Assembly: GCA_038320275.1 (NCBI GenBank)
Contig: JBBQEB010000065.1
Coordinates: 1-19,477, forward strand
From: Myxococcales bacterium
Lineage (GTDB): Bacteria > Myxococcota > Myxococcia > Myxococcales > Anaeromyxobacteraceae
Length of the DNA stretch: 19,477 nt
Direction: 5' to 3'
Position 1 is the stretch's first letter. The number at the start of each line of letters is the position of its first letter. The translations under genes and the position numbers were made by a program. The notes beneath the pieces were generated by a model, which did not search any database, was not told the DNA's origin, and saw only the letters and a list, made by a program, of their open reading frames with translations. Shown piece after piece: positions 17,313 through 19,477 of this stretch.

Positions 17313-17768
17313 TCAGGTCGAGGCGCCTGTCGGCCCGTCCTCGCCCAGAGGGTTCTTCCAGCGAAGCCCAGGGAAGCGCGCGAAGTCGCCGTCGGTGGAG
17401 CACAGCAGGAGGCCGTGCTCCATGGCGAGGGCGGCGAGATGCGCGTCGGGCACATGGTTGGCGCGCATGCCCGGCGCCCGGAGCAGCGGTTCGAGCGCTG
17501 CCGCATGGCGCTCGGTCGGCTGCGGTACCCACACCGCCGGAACGGCGAGCCACTTCTCGACGAGGCTCCACGCCCGCACGATGGAGAGGGGCTTCTCGAA
17601 GATCCGGGGATTCGAGACGAGACGCACGAAGGCCAGCAAGCTCTCCCAGGGCAGGCCGACGCGAGCCGTCCCGGCGAGCTGCCCGTCTAGCCAAGCGCGC
17701 GCCCGTTCGTGCTGGGAGAGCCGCGCCACGTGCGCGTAGACGAGGATGTTCACGTCCACCAGGATCAC
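17313..17768 (-). CDS. vapC: VapC-family PIN-domain ribonuclease toxin
   Basis: GTG overlaps antitoxin stop; ILVDVNILVYA, FVRLVSNPRIF, NHVPDAHLAALAMEHG, STDGDFARFPGLRWKNPL. Confidence 0.95.
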   Translation of the reverse strand: MILVDVNILVYAHVARLSQHERARAWLDGQLAGTARVGLPWESLLAFVRLVSNPRIFEKPLSIVRAWSLVEKWLAVPAVWVPQPTERHAAALEPLLRAPGMRANHVPDAHLAALAMEHGLLLCSTDGDFARFPGLRWKNPLGEDGPTGAST

Positions 17769-18013
17769 TTGAAGCTGTCGCCTTCCGCGATGGCGAGAAC
17801 TTCCGCGGCATCGTCCAGGTCGGGGAAGGAGCACCTTCCCAGATCGACGCTCGGGGTGCGAAACGGTGGCGGGGGGACGCCAGGCGCATCCAGGAGCACC
17901 AGGCCTCGGCGAAGCGCCTCGTTCACCGCCTCCTTCAGGCCCAGACGCTTGCGCTTTCGCACGCGCTCCAGCAGCGCGGTCACGTCGTCGTCCAGGCTCA
18001 GGGTGGTGCGCAT
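17765..18013 (-). CDS. vapB: VapB-family ribbon-helix-helix antitoxin
   Basis: MRTTLSLDDDV...KEAVNEALRRGL, acidic C-terminus; immediately upstream of vapC. Confidence 0.9.
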   Translation of the reverse strand: MRTTLSLDDDVTALLERVRKRKRLGLKEAVNEALRRGLVLLDAPGVPPPPFRTPSVDLGRCSFPDLDDAAEVLAIAEGDSFK

Positions 18014-18046
18014 CATCACAGCATAACGCAGCTGATGTCTCGATGC
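18010..18046 (-). promoter_or_regulatory. vapBC promoter and probable operator
   Basis: -10 TATGCT (18025-18020) 6 nt before ATG 18013; flanked by inverted catca (18014-18018)/tgatg (18033-18037) and gcatc (18010-18014)/gatgc (18042-18046). Confidence 0.55.
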
Positions 18047-18723
18047 TACCGCCCCGGCTTCCTCAGCAGCACGTAGATGGCTCCCGCGCCGCCGTCCACC
18101 GGCCTCGCCGTCGCGAACGCGAGCACGTGCTTGCCGAACCGGCCCGTCGCGAACCAGGTCTTGATGGCCTCCTTCAGCACCGGCACCTGATCCTTCGAGT
18201 GCATGCCGCGGCCGTGCACCACGAGGACGCAGCGCTTCCCCCCTCGCCGGGCGCCGCGCAGGAAGTCCTCCACCGCGCCCTTCGCCTCGTCGCGCGTCAT
18301 CCCGTGCAGGTCGAGATGCGCCTGCACCGCGAGCTCGCCCTTGCGGAGCCGGCGCACGACGCCGGCGTCGAGGCCGGGCACGCGCCCCTCGATGAACTCG
18401 TCGGAGTCGGAGAGGTCGAAAGGCGCCTCCCCGGAGACGAGCGCCTCCAGCTCCTTCAGCGCGTCGAGGTCCGGATGCCAGAACGGCTCCTGCGGCCGCA
18501 TCGGCGGGGGCTTCACGGCGAGGCCGGCGCCCGGGGCGAGTCGCTCCACTCCGGCGATCGCCTCGCCCCAGAGCTCGGTCTCGCTTCGCTCGCGCGGCGG
18601 TGACGGAGGTGGTGGCGGCGGAGGCGGCGCGCGCCGCTGCGGCTCGGGCGGTTTTCCCGGCGCGAAGCGCTCCTTCAGCCCGGCGAAGGGCGCATGGAAG
18701 GGCCTGTCCTGCTTCTTCGCCAC
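18046..18723 (-). CDS. Smr/MutS2 C-terminal domain protein (putative endonuclease)
   Basis: RRLRKG, LDLHGMT, CVLVVHGRG, VLAFATARPVDGGAGAIYVLL. Start placed at GTG 18723; the longer ORF-track N-terminus is antisense to the ABC gene. Confidence 0.92.
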   Translation of the reverse strand: MAKKQDRPFHAPFAGLKERFAPGKPPEPQRRAPPPPPPPPSPPRERSETELWGEAIAGVERLAPGAGLAVKPPPMRPQEPFWHPDLDALKELEALVSGEAPFDLSDSDEFIEGRVPGLDAGVVRRLRKGELAVQAHLDLHGMTRDEAKGAVEDFLRGARRGGKRCVLVVHGRGMHSKDQVPVLKEAIKTWFATGRFGKHVLAFATARPVDGGAGAIYVLLRKPGR

Positions 18724-18729
18724 GGGAGA

Positions 18730-18737
18730 ACTATAAG
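18730..18737. promoter_or_regulatory. Overlapping divergent -10-like elements between the Smr and ABC genes
   Basis: actataag: minus TATAGT (18735-18730) 6 nt before GTG 18723; plus TATAAG (18732-18737). Confidence 0.5.
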
Positions 18738-18783
18738 CCTCGCCCGAGCCGCGGACCGGCGGCCATGGACGGAGGATCTCCTT

Positions 18784-19477
18784 CTGGGCACGGACGCCAT
18801 CGTCGCCGTCGAGAACGTCACCAAGGTGTACCTGCTCGGCACCACGGAGGTGCCGGCCCTGCGCGGCGTGTCGCTCGCGATCCACCGCGGCGAGTTCCTC
18901 TCCATCGCCGGACCGTCGGGCAGCGGCAAGACGACGCTCCTCAACCTGGTGGGCTGCGTCGACACGCCCACCTCCGGGCGCGTGATCGTCGACGGCACGG
19001 ACACGAAGGAGCTCCCCGAGCGCGCCCTCACCAACCTTCGCCTGCACCGCATCGGCTTCATCTTCCAGACCTTCAACCTGGTGCAGGTGCTCTCCGTCTT
19101 CCAGAACGTGGAGCTCCCGCTCCTGCTCCAGGGCGGGCTGTCGAAGCGCGCGCGCGCCGAGCGGGTGGGCGGGCTGCTGGAAGCGGTGGGCCTCGGCAGC
19201 CACGCGCACCATCGGCCGAGCGAGCTGTCCGGCGGCCAGCGGCAGCGGGTGGCGGTGGCGCGGGCGCTGGTGGGAAAGCCGGCCCTGGTGCTCGCGGACG
19301 AGCCCACCGCGAACCTCGATTCGGCCACGGGCGAGACCATCATCGACCTCATGAAGGACATGAACGGACGCGACGGGACCACGTTCATCTTTTCGACCCA
19401 CGATCCCAAGGTCATGGCGCACGCGACCTCCATCGTCCGCATCGCCGACGGCCGCGTCGCCGGCCGGGAGGACGCTG
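18784..19477 (+). CDS. ABC transporter ATP-binding protein, LolD/MacB-type (3' end outside the window)
   Basis: IVAVENVTKVY, Walker A GPSGSGKTT, IGFIFQTFNL, signature LSGGQRQRVAVARAL, Walker B LVLADEPTANLD, H-loop FSTHDP; absent from the ORF track because it has no stop in the window. Confidence 0.96.
   Translation, partial: MGTDAIVAVENVTKVYLLGTTEVPALRGVSLAIHRGEFLSIAGPSGSGKTTLLNLVGCVDTPTSGRVIVDGTDTKELPERALTNLRLHRIGFIFQTFNLVQVLSVFQNVELPLLLQGGLSKRARAERVGGLLEAVGLGSHAHHRPSELSGGQRQRVAVARALVGKPALVLADEPTANLDSATGETIIDLMKDMNGRDGTTFIFSTHDPKVMAHATSIVRIADGRVAGREDA

Noticed and set aside
18595..18630. Poly-proline tract in the Smr protein
   Set aside because: Ordinary low-complexity linker with mixed codons.
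338..19422. Long antisense or alternate-frame ORFs (e.g. 338-1252, 4117-5670, 5429-6799, 6779-8107, 9384-11390, 12458-13873)
   Set aside because: Shadows of real genes expected in high-GC DNA; Arg/Ala/Pro/Gly-rich with no recognisable motifs.
18724..19422. Apparent long N-terminal extension on the Smr protein
   Set aside because: Antisense to the ABC ATPase; a -10 box supports the start at 18723.

Overview
Very GC-rich bacterial chromosomal window; gene content and order suggest Myxococcota, Anaeromyxobacter-like (inference). It is mostly housekeeping: 3' end of a sensor histidine kinase, glmS and glmU (minus), gamma-glutamyltranspeptidase and a TatD-like protein (plus), HDOD protein-trxB-moaC (minus), a DsbA-like lipoprotein reading in frame into ispG, an Xre/RES toxin-antitoxin pair, proS-pyrF-lipoprotein-Imm8-like gene, a VapBC pair, an Smr-domain gene and a partial ABC ATPase. 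No rRNA, tRNA, CRISPR, transposase or integrase was recognised. Most notable: (1) a 40-bp duplicate of the last 12 codons plus stop of glmS (the attTn7/TnsD recognition region) bracketing a 118-bp hairpin-rich element; (2) a stop-less DsbA-IspG fusion ORF with a possible internal CTG start; (3) a recurring -10 box 6-7 nt upstream of start codons, indicating leaderless genes; (4) palindromic DNA read in frame inside two proteins; (5) two probable pseudoenzymes and an orphan immunity gene. All family assignments are from motif recognition by eye, not database searches.
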